From Eukaryota sp. TZLM1-RC (Eukaryota > Protista > Metamonada: BaSk clade): a stretch of 64,000 nucleotides of DNA. The notes under the pieces were generated by a model, which was not told the origin of the DNA, did no database searches, and saw nothing but the letters and a program-made list of their open reading frames with translations. Positions within the stretch are counted from its first letter, which is position 1. The number at the start of each line of letters is the position of its first letter. The stretch spans positions 310,001 to 374,000 of the forward strand of contig JAUPSS010000003.1 of assembly GCA_040285825.1 (NCBI GenBank). Reading direction: 5' to 3'. Made by a program: the position numbers and the translations under genes. This document shows, in pieces, positions 1-11,913 of the stretch.

Positions 1-535
1 AGAATTACATGGATCAATAGATATGGCATCTGAAATAGTGAAGCTTCCATTTGGAGCAGGAACAACCAAATCACCTCTTCTCAGACTCATAGAAGTTCTA
101 AAGTAGCGCGTATTGTCAATGCTGAGGGTCCCCAAGAATTAATTTAGATAACAATAATTCTAAGAGGGAATCTACTCGATAAGATTGACATTAATTTGGT
201 CCCTGACATTATTATGTACTTTACTAGTAAATGTAATAAAATGTTTAAAGTTTAGAAGATGAGTAAACAAAAGGGGTTTACCACATTTACATGTTTAATG
301 ATTAGGCAAATTGTTTGCCCACAGCAAACAAAAAGAACGCTCGTTTAAGAGCCACTTATTGTTGTACAACAGAGGTTCATCAATAGAGAGAATTTGGGTA
401 ATTTATGGAGCAACATTTTGAAGCTATTACGAATGACTTTTAAAGAAATTCTAAAGGGATTTTACCATGTCTTACTTCATAATCCAAGGTTTCGTACAAT
501 TTAACCAGTTGATGATGCGACTTTTCCAAGCTTGT
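1..535 (-). pseudogene. CRE-like non-LTR retrotransposon remnant (RLE region), runs off the window start
   Basis: Minus strand translates IDNTRYFRTSMSLRRGDLVVPAPNGSFTISDAISIDPCNS, closely matching the RLE segment at ~22840-22950 (IDSTRYNRASMGLTRGDLVVPGLNGSFAILDAMS); the frame is disrupted. Confidence 0.75.
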
Positions 536-756
536 TGCTTCAAGTTTTTTACAACAGTATAGGAGAATTTTGTTGTGAAATAGCACTAAATGTTAATTCG
601 ATGTTCTTATGTTTTTTTGGAAAAATTCCAGATATTTTTGATATTTTGTCAATGAAAGAAAATGGCGAGATCACAAAAACAATTTGTTATAAGTCAGTCT
701 TTGAAAGCAGTTACTACGTAATTATTAAGTTGGAAAAGAAATTAAACCTATCCAAA

Positions 757-1113
757 ATGCTTGATCAGGCTCAGATAGATCTCAAGAACAGCATTGTAGA
801 AGCACTTACCACCAATGGGACTCTTGAGCGACTGAAAGCCACAATCCGTGCAGATGTCTTCTCATCCATTCAGGAATACTCTCAATTAGAGCATCAGTCT
901 CTTGATACACTAATAATCAATTCTCTTATTGCGGAGTATCTCTCCTTCAATAAGTACGATCGCTCTCTCTCTGTTTTTTCTCCTGAATCAGGTTTGAAGG
1001 AACCTCTCTCTCGATCAGCAATATCCACAGATCTTAAAGTACATGATGAGGATGACTCTCTCCAAGTTCCTCTGTTGTATTCTATATTGAATGTTTTGAG
1101 GACGAATGAGTAA
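757..1113 (+). CDS. CEP20: FOP/LisH-domain centriole/basal-body protein (FOR20/CEP20-like)
   Basis: ATG at 757; LTTNGTLERLKATIRADVF and LIINSLIAEYLSFNKYDRSLSVFSPESG are typical of FOR20/FOPNL; the upstream TTG-started extension is probably spurious. Confidence 0.8.
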   Translation: MLDQAQIDLKNSIVEALTTNGTLERLKATIRADVFSSIQEYSQLEHQSLDTLIINSLIAEYLSFNKYDRSLSVFSPESGLKEPLSRSAISTDLKVHDEDDSLQVPLLYSILNVLRTNE

Positions 1114-3291
1114 CATTGCTTAATTGAATACTTAATGTTTTCTTAATGTTATAGTACTTTTGGGTTTGATTTCGCTTTTGTTTGCTGTGCCTTTGTCATT
1201 TCGTTTCTTGTAAATCATTTAGTGTCATTCTTATTGGTTATTTTTATCATTTCTGTCGTTATTAAAGCAATAATACAATATGGATACATTCAAAAATTCT
1301 ACATCACAGGATATAGTTCAGCAAAATAGAGGAATTTTTTCCTTCGTTCTTGTCTATATCCTTATTTGGATGTTAATCTACCTAAAATTAAGTCCAAACT
1401 CTGTGTTTCGTATTTTGTTTTAATGGACATGATTCAATTCTAAATAATTGTGTTAACCACTTACTTCCTTTTTAGAGCATTGTGATGTCTACTTTTTTTG
1501 ACCAAATCACACAAATCATTGTGTAAATATTCTCTTGGTTGTGACTGAGTTGACTTAGACGGTGACCTAAAAGTGTTGCAAGCTCAGTATTTTACGTTGA
1601 CTGTTAAAAGGAAAAATAGATATTTTGTTATTAATAGAACCTGCGCTTTATTTGATTAAAATTTAACACTTTACAAAATGAACACATGGGACGAAATTCA
1701 TTGAACCAAAATTCCCTCTAGGATATTGCGATCTTCTTGCTTTCAAGCTATTGGTTCTCTGAATTGATAAAAAGCAATGGGTTCTATTGATGATAGCAAA
1801 ATGAATAAGACAACGTGATAATAATTTAAAAATAATTCTTCAAATAAAATGAAGCAAAGTGTTGAAGGTTTCAAAAACCATGTTAGATTTTCCCCACTAG
1901 ATTAGCCAAACTTTCAGATGGTTCGTTGAAGAATCCCTCTATCTAGAATAGGGTTGAGGAAATTTGTTTCATTGTTGAAGACAGTATCTTTCACAATGGA
2001 TGAAATAATACTAATAAATATTGATATTTGATAAATATTTATTGAATATTAATAAAATCACAATCCAACTCAGAGGCAAAGTCCATAACTGTTGTTAGAA
2101 CATCTAATTCAGCAGGGTTACAGTGGGGGACTACGTAAAATTCCATGTCGCGTGTGATGAAGCATTCAAAGGTTCCTTCAATTCTCAAAATCTTGTGGGT
2201 ACGGGTTGAACTGAGTTAACAACAGCTGAAACAAGGCCAAAAAGAGGCGTTGAGCTGTATTTTTGATCTTCTAATATGTCATTATCGTCAGCAGTGACGT
2301 TATTGCTGATATCATCACCTGGGGGTTTGGTTAGAGCAAAAAAGTTAGAAGCTAATCTAGAACCACATCTTTGAATATGGGTAGCGGCACATTACAAGCA
2401 GTGCTACCCAGACGACTTAGAAGGGCTAGAAACTATACGGACGGGTCCGCACAAGAACTGGTGGCAGTTTTGGCAGAGTTGCGAAGGGTTGTGGATGACT
2501 AGAACCTGAAGACATCATCTAATAGCACAAAAATATCAGATAGTCGTTGAGTTGTCGGTGAATGTAGGTGGAATGAATGAAAAAGTGAAAACCAAGTTGA
2601 AGGTTAAAAACCAGCCAGAATAGGCAACCAGAAGTGGAGAATGGGGTGACAAGTGCAAAATTTGATAAATAAGCTCATTATTTTCACTACATGTCAGACG
2701 CACCCCCTGGTCTAAAAAGGATTCAGAATTATATGGATTCGCTGCTGAGTGAAACCATCCAGGAGCAAGCTTGCATTGAGCCCTACTGGGAGCTCATTTC
2801 CAGTCCTCCTGAGATTCCACCTTCACAGGTGAGTTCTTGTTCAACCAAATGTAACAAGGGAACTTTTTCTCATGAAGACTCTCCTTACCATTTGGTTCAA
2901 AATAGACTACTTGGTCAGATTGTCTCTTCCTCTTTTTTGGTTGATAAGGGTTAATATGTCCAAGTAGTCCATCACGAAGTTATTATCAATTGTTTTTTAA
3001 TTAATTGTTCCACGTTATTGATTAAAAAACATTTTATATTCCTTCAAGAATACACATTATATATGAATTTGTAGGACGTGTCTGGGGCACGAACCTGGAA
3101 GCTGTATGTGTTTCACACATCAGTGTTTCCACCCACAGCCTGTTTATAGAAGGGAGTAATTCATTTTGTGTTTATTTTGGAGAGATTGATGACATATCTG
3201 ATAAAATATTTTTTAATTTTTTATTAAAAATTAAATAAATTTAATTCCTTTTTATAATAACAATATATATTTCAAAAAATTAATTTATCAG

Positions 3292-3495
3292 GTGGAGGGC
3301 AACAAAGTAATGATTTCAAAGACAGCTGGTTAGATGATGAAAAAATCACTGATTCGATCAACAACTTTATCAATCAGTCATCAACTCCACTGTCACATCA
3401 CAAAATACTTGTTTGGCCCATCGCATCAGCCCTATTGATAACTAGGGGATTTGTTCAAGAGGATTTTTGCTCACAATTGATCAATTCTGGCGACG
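3292..3495 (+). pseudogene. N-terminal part of a Ulp1/SENP(C48)-like protease domain, cut by the Gypsy insertion
   Basis: DSWLDDEKITDSINNF resembles the Ulp1 WLnDevInfy motif; the frame joins exactly to 10580 onward across the GACG TSD (..INSGD|EENTLIHQPYND..). 5' boundary uncertain. Confidence 0.7.
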
Positions 3496-3666
3496 TGATG
3501 ATCTGTGGGGGTTAGACATTGAGTATACCTAAAATGTAATGAGATTTATTACAAGGGAATAGGGATTTCCCTTAACTTAAGCGCATGGGCGCAATGATAC
3601 AATAACTATAAATAAACTATAAATAAACTATAAATAAACTATTATAAATATTATCCAAGGCTAACA
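3496..3666 (-). repeat. 3' LTR (171 bp) of Gypsy-1
   Basis: Differs from 10416-10575 by 3 substitutions and one extra 11-bp tandem unit. Confidence 0.95.
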
Positions 3667-6600
3667 CTGCCCTTTCTTCTTTTCGAGCGTCGAGGCCTGA
3701 TAGGAGTAGGATTAACATTATTATTAATATTATCAGAACGACGTTTACGGCGGGAAGGACGAGAGCGAGTATTAGATATAGACTTGGAGAATACTTTGTA
3801 AGCAGAGGTGTTTTGAACAGTCGAAACCAGTTCAGTGGTAATATGATTGCCAGGCCATTGGACTTGACAGTAATCACCATCCTGACTGAGGACTTTCTGA
3901 ATCACGTGCTCTTCTGCATCGTCAGCAGCAACCCAGGAGTGAAATTCATCATCTGCTGGTAAACTGGAATGCCAAGGTTGGAGGTGCTTCACACTGGCTG
4001 TAACAACCATACCAGTACACAGATTCTTGATATCAGCGGTGGAGGTAGAGGGTGTGTCAATAACTAAGAATGGCCCTTTGTAATTACCATGTAACTTAGC
4101 AGTGGAAGACGAAGCTCGTTTGACCAATTGGCCAGGAGAGAAAGGGTTGGCTTCGATTTGGGAATCACGAGGAGGAGCCTTGGAAGCTTGATGGAGCTCT
4201 GCTTCCTCCTGTTTCTTCTTCAATCTGGCAAATTTGGATTGGATGTCATTAATGTAGGTTGACTCAGACGTTGAGCTTTCCAGGGTCTCTATGATTCTGC
4301 CGGGGTCAGCTCTGGGGTTAAAATCTGAACCAAACATGAGCTCGTATGGAAAGTAACCTGTAATCGAACTCTTGGATGAGTTGATTAACAATTGTACATA
4401 GGGTATGTACTCTGACCATGCATCGTAGGCGTTAAAATCTACGAGCAGCTTTCTCAAATTCTGCAAAATGTCACGGTGACGGCGTTCGACTAGACCGTTG
4501 GACTGAGAGAAGTGAGGGACGGACTTTGAGACCTCTATGCCCAAAAACTCACATAGAGCGTCGAAGACAGCTTTAGAGAACTCAGGACCGTTGTCACTAT
4601 GAACTATGAACGGGATCCCGAATATCGCGCATACCTTCCATATGAGAGCGTCAGTAGTAAGGTTGGTGTTGAGTTCTTTGAGAGGGACTATGATAGTGAA
4701 CCTCGTGAAGCTATCCACAAATACAAGAATGTATCTGTGGCCGTCTTGATCTTCTGGAAGAGGACCAATGACGTCGACGTTAACTCTTGCAAATGGTCTG
4801 TCAGCCCACAAGGAACCAGTTGTAGGGACATGCAGTTTGGGGACTGCTGCTGTCTTCTGACAGGAGGGGCATTCCTGGACGTGCTTGGTCGTGTCAGAAA
4901 GCATGTTAGGCCACCAGTAGTCACTGTTCTTGAGTCTGAGGAGACTTTCTGCCTTACTGGGGTGGCCACCTTGCAGAAGTCCATGTAGAAGGTTAAGCGT
5001 ATCCTTAACCAGTGATTGAGGAATCACGATCTTGTGCTCTGGAGTTAGATAAAGATCTAGACGACTATCCAAAGTACAGTTGTTAAACGAGGTGTCCTGG
5101 TTAGCGAGGGCTCGCTTTTGTTCGGACCTGATCTTGCAGAGCCAAGGCTCGAAGAGTGGAAGGTCATTGGAGCATTTATCTTGAAGGATAAGCACCTTCT
5201 CGAATGTATGGAGATCTTCAACGAAGCATCTCTCTGACTCAGTTTCATCAATCCTATTTGTGTAGTAGATAGGGTGAAACTCTTGGTCGTTGGAATGGAC
5301 CAAATGGTTGATGGTATGATTGTCTTGGGGCGGTACTATCCTAGATAGCATGTCTGCCCAATGGTTCTCTTCCCCTTTTGTGTGAACGATGTCGAATAGG
5401 AACTCAGAAAAGATGGGAAGCCACCTTCTGACTATTCTGTTTTTGTTCGGAGCGGTGAGCATGTAAGTAAGGTTTTGGTGATCTGTGAAAATGATCAGGC
5501 GCCTTCCTTTGAGGTAGTTCTCGAAGCCACTTTCGGTAAGCATGAGAAGGATAGCATAAAGCTCTTTCTGTACCGTGGGCCAGTTCTGCTGGGAGTTAGT
5601 CAACAATCTGCTGAAGAAGCTGATTGGTCTACATTTCCTATTGAGTAAGGAAGTACCAGGGTCCTTAGTGGGTTCTATTTGTTCCCAAATCACGCCGCCA
5701 ACTGCTATATCAGAGGCATCGCAACTAATTAGTACTTGGTTATCCACCGGAGGTAAGTTTAGAGGCATATGCTCCGCGATCAGGCGTTTGATTTCGGCTA
5801 AATGGTGGTCGTGAGTGTCTTTCCACTGCAGGCGACGTGGTTTGCCGTGTGTTAATTTGATGATCGGGGCAACATGCTTGGTTACCTGGGGAAGCCATTC
5901 CCTAATGAAGTTGACTGAGCCGATAAGGCTACGGGCGTCTTTCACAGTCTTAGGTCTGGCAAGATTCAGTAAAGACTCTGTGCGTGTAGGATCAATGGTC
6001 CTGGTTTTGTGTTGGAATCTGCTACCAAGGATCTTTATTGGGTGTCTAGAGGACACAAAATGGCACTTGGGCAGTCCTAGGGTTCTAGCTTCCTCGAGGA
6101 CACGTCTTAGACGTCCGAGGAACTCGTTGAAGGTTCTACCTACTATAATGATGTCATCTATATAGATGAATACACCGTCTCCGGAGAAGATGTCTGCCAT
6201 AACGTTCTGGAAAACTGCAGGAACGTTCTTGAGGCCGAAAGCAGCACGTTTAAACATGATACTTTTGCCAGAGATGCTTAAGGCAATCTTCTCCCAGTCC
6301 TTTTCTGCAATCTTTAGTTGCCAAAAGGCTTTGGGGAGGTCAAGGGTACCGATGAAATTGGCTTCCGAAAGGAAGACTAGCACATCGGATATTCTGGGGA
6401 GATTAGGTTCAACAGGAATAGTGTTGGCGTTGACTCCGTCCTTGCCGCTGTAATCACCAGTAAGGCGAGGCTTACGATGATCAGGGTATACCACAAGACA
6501 TACTGGAGAGCTGAACTCATGGTTCGATGGTACAGCAAATCCAGACTCGACGAGTTCATCGAAGATCTGTTCGGCGACTTTCTGCTTCTCGGGGTTTAAC

Positions 6601-7247
6601 CTACGAGGGGGTCGTCTGACTCGAATACTTTCATCATGAAAGTTGATCTCCATTGAAGGACAGTCAATCCCATCAGCATGCGGCTTAAGGGTGAATGTCT
6701 CTTCGAACTCTTTCAAGGTTAGAAGTAAGGTCTTCTTGTCGTTATCACAGTCGAGGTTAATAGTACAAGCAGAAGACTGTATGTGCTCCAACCAACGTCT
6801 GGGGACGTTGACGACATCTGAGACTTGGGAGATTCGATGGTCGAATTCAGCCTCAGGCAGAAGTAATGTACGATGTTCCTCATCCATCTTGATGAAGAGG
6901 CCTTCATCGTTCAATAAGCCTAGGTGATGCAACAGGTCTCTACCAATTAGTAACATATTGTTGCCAGGAATGATGGCCAAGCTATGTTTCACATGAACTA
7001 ATTGGGTTACACTACCGAGTCTGAAGCTCAGTGTGCCTTCTGCTGATCCTAAAGACTTCGACATGATGTTGTTTGCAGACTTAAGGTTTATGCAATGGTT
7101 AGTCTTTACCATGTTGCATCTCTCTGCTAAATCAACAGTGATGACTGATATCGAAGCTCCAGAGTCGATGATCCCTTCTATTTCGCAGTTATTTATTGAA
7201 AATTTCAATTTTAAATTTTTGCGTGCGACATCTGAGGTGCGAACCAT
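3651..7247 (-). CDS. pol: Gypsy Pol polyprotein (protease, RT, RNase H, integrase, chromodomain-like C-terminus)
   Basis: IIDSGASISVI protease; YIDDIII RT; CDASDIAVGG RNase H; H..GGHP..CPSC and DDE core (HSDNGPEF, VERRHR) integrase; HVIQKVL..CQVQWPG chromo-like tail; uninterrupted 1198-aa frame. Confidence 0.95.
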   Translation of the reverse strand: MVRTSDVARKNLKLKFSINNCEIEGIIDSGASISVITVDLAERCNMVKTNHCINLKSANNIMSKSLGSAEGTLSFRLGSVTQLVHVKHSLAIIPGNNMLLIGRDLLHHLGLLNDEGLFIKMDEEHRTLLLPEAEFDHRISQVSDVVNVPRRWLEHIQSSACTINLDCDNDKKTLLLTLKEFEETFTLKPHADGIDCPSMEINFHDESIRVRRPPRRLNPEKQKVAEQIFDELVESGFAVPSNHEFSSPVCLVVYPDHRKPRLTGDYSGKDGVNANTIPVEPNLPRISDVLVFLSEANFIGTLDLPKAFWQLKIAEKDWEKIALSISGKSIMFKRAAFGLKNVPAVFQNVMADIFSGDGVFIYIDDIIIVGRTFNEFLGRLRRVLEEARTLGLPKCHFVSSRHPIKILGSRFQHKTRTIDPTRTESLLNLARPKTVKDARSLIGSVNFIREWLPQVTKHVAPIIKLTHGKPRRLQWKDTHDHHLAEIKRLIAEHMPLNLPPVDNQVLISCDASDIAVGGVIWEQIEPTKDPGTSLLNRKCRPISFFSRLLTNSQQNWPTVQKELYAILLMLTESGFENYLKGRRLIIFTDHQNLTYMLTAPNKNRIVRRWLPIFSEFLFDIVHTKGEENHWADMLSRIVPPQDNHTINHLVHSNDQEFHPIYYTNRIDETESERCFVEDLHTFEKVLILQDKCSNDLPLFEPWLCKIRSEQKRALANQDTSFNNCTLDSRLDLYLTPEHKIVIPQSLVKDTLNLLHGLLQGGHPSKAESLLRLKNSDYWWPNMLSDTTKHVQECPSCQKTAAVPKLHVPTTGSLWADRPFARVNVDVIGPLPEDQDGHRYILVFVDSFTRFTIIVPLKELNTNLTTDALIWKVCAIFGIPFIVHSDNGPEFSKAVFDALCEFLGIEVSKSVPHFSQSNGLVERRHRDILQNLRKLLVDFNAYDAWSEYIPYVQLLINSSKSSITGYFPYELMFGSDFNPRADPGRIIETLESSTSESTYINDIQSKFARLKKKQEEAELHQASKAPPRDSQIEANPFSPGQLVKRASSSTAKLHGNYKGPFLVIDTPSTSTADIKNLCTGMVVTASVKHLQPWHSSLPADDEFHSWVAADDAEEHVIQKVLSQDGDYCQVQWPGNHITTELVSTVQNTSAYKVFSKSISNTRSRPSRRKRRSDNINNNVNPTPIRPRRSKRRKGSVSLG

Positions 7248-10200
7248 GAAGATATGTGGGACTCTGAGTCTAAGTTCGAGTCAAACTCATGATTGAAACA
7301 GGGTTTATTTGGTGTTTCTATCGTTGTAGCTGTTTTGAAATTCCGGGTAGTCAAAGGATTAGTTAAACACTTAATCCACTGGTTGGAGACTGAGGTTTGT
7401 TTTATGTTTGGTGTTTTACGTGCTGGAGAGCTGTCTTGCTCTATAGTAAACAAGGAACATTTGTTTGAACGTTGCTTTGATGTATTACCTGTTGGAGAGC
7501 TATCTTGCTCTATAGTAAACATTGAATATTTATGGGAACGTTTATTACTACTAGAAGGGCCCTTGCCTCTTCCTCTACGTCTACCTCTGCCTCTACTACT
7601 ACTGTTACTACTACCCCTAGCCAAATATGCTCGAACGGCATCTGGGTTGGCATCTCACCATTGCTTGGATCGCTGGCAATCAGGGTCGGGACATTCGTCA
7701 ATAGAGTGGCCTGGAAAACCACAGAATCTACAGAGACCAGCTTTATCTCTTTCTTTCTTAATTTGCGACTTGCTCCTTTTGGTAAGTTGAGCAGGGGCGA
7801 CGCTGGAACCCGCAGGCTTAAATTTGCCTATTCTTTTCTTGTCCTTTGGGTTTGCTCTAACATAGTGACCCATATGTTGTTGATAGCTGTCACTGATGTT
7901 GGCCCTTTGCTCGTCATAGGATCTTGCTGAACACCAACTCATGTATTCAGCAGCAAGGATGTCGACAAATTGTTGTAAAGTATGGTGTTGCCAAACATTG
8001 GGTGTGGACCATACTGTTCTCAGGTTGTCACTGATGGCCTGAATACCAACAGAATCGATCATATGGGTTGCAATTTCCCAGTTTTGAATGCGCTGTAGGA
8101 AATGTTGACCATACAAGGCACGGTCGCTTGCCCTGACGTCAGAAATGGCGGTACTTCGTGAGACTGTTCTCTTTAGCCTCACAGTGAAGTCGCCCCAGCG
8201 ATTCCTAAAGTCCTGAATATTCCAATTCATCTAAACTCTATATAACTGATTCCTCGCCGTTTCTAAAGTACTATACTGGCTGAGGTGTAAAATTGATTCC
8301 CATATTTGCTCCTCATTAATGTTGTCGATAGCTGAGATACTATCAGACATAAACGTAAACCTGCCTTGAGCTCTCAGAGCGGCCAAGCACTCTGGAGTAA
8401 CACAGGAGGCAATCCTACGAGGGTGGGTTTTCTAGGACGACCACCTCTTTGTCTATCTCTATCTCTATCTTGTGAACTCGCCATAGCTTCCATCAGTACA
8501 GTGTTGGAATACTGGGGAGCTATGGGAGTGTTAGAAGGAGTTACTCCTAGGAGCCTAGGGTCCTGAGGAACCTGGGAGGGAGTTGATGGATCCTGAGATT
8601 GGACAACTACAGGTTGTTGCATAGTTTCAACAGTGTCAGTAGTTGCCATTGGCTCATCTTGTTTTTGGTCATCTTGAGGCTCAATGCTCAAAGATGAGAA
8701 AACTGTGTCTGTCTCAACTGGGTCAGGCTCAGAAGTTCTCAATTCTACTGGGTCATGATCGCTCGGATAGTAACTTTGCACATTACCATCGATATTGACC
8801 CACAGAAGAGAACTAGAATTGGTGACACCAATGTTCTCCTGTACATTCATCAGGGCATCCCTTAGTGGCCTATTCCTTCTATGCTCCGGACCAAAATATG
8901 ACGCGCAATGGTCTGGTCTGCGGTCTTGAAGGTACAATCTTTGGTAGTTCGTAGTGTAAGTGTACCACCATCCAGTCCTGAAGTCTCTATTGATATAAAT
9001 ATCAAGAGAGGCATTGTATCCTGGGCTAAACCTGGGGAAAGGACATGGGTTACATCGGTTGAGGAAGAGATTCAGCTCATCACCAGCGAAGATCCTCTGT
9101 ACACCTTCACGAGGAGTTCTGAACCCTCCAACAGTATCCCGTTGAGGATAATTTGGAGGGGTTCACAACAAACCGTAAGATTGTCTACTTCCTCCGTTGG
9201 GAAGTAGGGGCCAATTCTTCTGCGTATCCTAAAGCCGTGATCATTAACCACTTCTGGACCCCAAAATGGGGGTAAAGCAGCAATGAGTTCATTGGGAGGA
9301 ATCGATGCAGGACCTCCTTGCATTAACTCAATACCAGCATTGAGAACTAAAGTTTGAGCTTCAGTCCTCTGCTGAGTAGAGATGAAAGGAGAATCTGATT
9401 CCTGGGGCTGGCTTGGAGCTTGATAGGTGTTAGGCTGTGCAGCGCTAAGCACCTGCCAAGCAGCAGGAACAGAAGAAACAACGTGACCTTGCTGAGGAGT
9501 CTGACCAGAGGTTGGGGGAATATGAATTACTCCTCTAGTAGGAACTCCCGAAGGAGGAACAGATGGAGTTGAATGGACTTCTGTAGGAGCTACCGTAGTA
9601 GGAGCAGAAGTATTAGGAGGACCTGCTACAGGAACTTCTCGAGAAGGAGTAGTAGGATTAGAGTTACCAGCAGGGACTGCAGGAGGAGCTGGTTGTTGCG
9701 GAGGGCTGCTTTCCATAGGAACTTCCCTAGAAGGAATGGAAGGAGCTTGTTGTCTTTCCCCAGGAGCTTCCGTAGAAGAAGTAGAAGGAACTTGTTGTCC
9801 TTCCCCAGGAGCTTCCGTAGAAGAAGTGGAAGGAGCAACAGGAGCGCAAACAATAGGTGAAGAGGGAGGCTCTACCCTCTTGAGCTTCAACAGCTCAGAT
9901 ATCTTGTTGCTGGCCGAGTCAGGGTCAGTCTGGTTGATGATATACTTCAGATATTCATCTAAAGTACTGAACTGTTCAGGACCTAAAAGATAATCTTCAA
10001 CCTCTCCTTCAGAACCAGGGGGAGGAGAAAGAGGTACAAAGTTTTCCACATTAGAGGGAGGAACAGGAAGACTGATAGGAACCACAGGAACGTCATCCGT
10101 AGATGGAGTGGAACCTTGACCCGAGGGTAGAGAGGAAGTATCACTTCTCTCGCCACCAGAGGGTTGTTCTGTTCCCAACTGAGGAGTTTGGGAGGAAGAA

Positions 10201-10439
10201 CTTGTAACATTGGGTTGTGTAACAGGATCTCCGGAGGGAGGAGTTAACACAGGAGGAGGAGAAGCATTGCTTCCCTCGGACCCAGTTGACAAGGGTTGTT
10301 CTGGTCCCGACTGAGGAGTTCGGGAGGAAGAACTCGAAGAGTGAGACGTAGGAGGATCAGTCCTAACAGTCTCGGACTTGTCATTGGAACCACCCAAAGG
10401 TGATCCAATACGTATTGATGATCTGTGGGGGTTAGACAT
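7211..10439 (-). pseudogene. gag: Gypsy Gag region with long Pro/Ser-rich N-terminus, broken by stops and frameshifts
   Basis: ORF pieces 9072-10439, 8374-8937, 7655-8230 (CRFCGFPGHSIDEC zinc knuckle) and 7211-7624 (same frame as 7655-8230 across a TGA); ATG lies inside the 5' LTR. Confidence 0.8.
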
Positions 10440-10575
10440 TGAGTATAGCTAAAATGTAATGAGATTTATTACAAGGGAATAAGGATTTCCCTTAACTTAA
10501 GCGCATGGGCACAATGATACAATAACTATAAATAAACTATAAATAAACTATTATAAATATTATCCAAGGCTAACA
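10416..10575 (-). repeat. 5' LTR (160 bp) of Gypsy-1
   Basis: Direct repeat of 3496-3666 with TG/CA termini. Confidence 0.95.
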
Positions 10576-11913
10576 GACGAAGAAAATACATTGATTCATC
10601 AACCCTATAATGATGCATTTCATGAATCAAATTTGATTGCATCTGTTGACGAGCAATTTACCATTGGGCAACAATGGGTACTTGTTGCATTCTGGATCAA
10701 ATCCAGAACAGTAAGAGCTTTTCTTTTTGATAGTCTTCGTCATAATGAAGAACAACATCAAAAAATTAATTCAATAATGTTTGAAAAACTTGGAATCAAC
10801 ATCAGTCAGAATACATCTGTATTTTTTCAATCTAATGTGTATGATTGTGGAATATTCACCATATTGTTTGCAAAAAGAATGATCAATTTGTTTTTGTCAA
10901 AACAGCTCAATTCAAATGATTCAGCTCATATTAAACATTTTGTCAATCAAGACAAAAGATGCTTTTATAGCTGTGTTGACAATGAACGAAAATTAGTTGA
11001 GACACAGAAATGCTCCTCTCCACAAAAAACTATAAGAAAAAGGTGAGCTGATGTATTGAGCACACCTTAGAAACATGTAAAAACACTTTTTAATGAGAAT
11101 CCGCTGACTTCATATAAATACCCTTTAGTCACAAGATCAAATGTCAAAACACAATTTACTCTCAGAATTTTACATTTTGATATTGAAACATTGGTGTTGG
11201 GTAAAAAGCTCAGTGATGAGGATGAAATAATTGTCATTTCTGCAAGACAACATTCCATCTCTTACTGTCAATCTACAAGAAAGACTGTTGCAAATTCTGT
11301 TTCTCATATTTTTACTCGAGCACAGATTGAATTAAATTTTTGTTTTTGTGATCTTGTAGAAAAGTCAACAAGCAGAAATGAATATTATTGCATAGTTGAT
11401 GATAACAATATCACTTTATATCATCATTACTCTGAAAAAGAATTGCTAAGTTCATTTACAAAATAATTGGAAACTTATAATCCTCATATAAAATGTGGTT
11501 TTAATATTCTCAAATTAGACATTCCACATATTATGAAACGTTTTGAAAATGAGGACTTTTTTAAGGGTGAAATCGGTGCTAGTAAATGGGTTCAATACTA
11601 TAACTCAAAATTAATAGAATTGAATCACAAACACTTGAACCCCTTAATTGCTGGTCGATTTATTGTTGATACTTGTAGTATTTACACAAATTATAATCAA
11701 CCACGCAAACTAAACACAGTTTCTAAAATTTTATTAGGGTAGAGTAAAATTGACCTTGATCCTCAATAAAATGCAAAGTATTGGAAGGTTCAACAAGATG
11801 ATCCCTTCTCAGATTTTTGCTTATCCCAAAGAAGAACTGCAGTCGCAGTTTATTGTTTAAGGGACACAGATTTAACCATGAAATTATTTAATTTCTTTAA
11901 CAATGACCAATTC
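10576..11913 (+). pseudogene. Ulp1/SENP-like protease C-terminal half followed by a PolB-type DEDDy 3'-5' exonuclease domain (one frame, five in-frame stops)
   Basis: GQQWVLV..FDSL..QSNVYDCGIF (C48 protease; catalytic His read as Gln); ExoI LRILHFDIET, SEKELL, ExoII GFNILKLDIPHI, KLNTVSKILLG, ExoIII AVYCLRDTDL; all in the same frame. Confidence 0.8.

Larger units (their letters stand above)
3496..10575 (-). mobile_element. Full-length Ty3/Gypsy LTR retrotransposon (chromovirus-like)
   Basis: TG...CA LTRs at 3496-3666 and 10416-10575; 4-bp TSD GACG (3492-3495, 10576-10579); PPT GAAAAGAAGAAAGGGCAG before the 3' LTR on the minus strand; gag with CCHC; pol in PR-RT-RH-IN order. Confidence 0.95.

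Noticed and set aside
2691-2954. 87-aa ORF
   Set aside because: Short, no motif, no supporting context.
3601-3650. CRISPR-like array from TAAATAAACTA repeats
   Set aside because: A spacer-less 11-bp tandem repeat inside the LTR; eukaryotic context and no cas genes.
4599-9993. Plus-strand ORFs within Gypsy-1
   Set aside because: Antisense shadows of gag/pol with no recognisable motifs.
11150-11900. Host DNA polymerase delta gene
   Set aside because: Only the exonuclease domain is present, with stops; no polymerase motifs follow.
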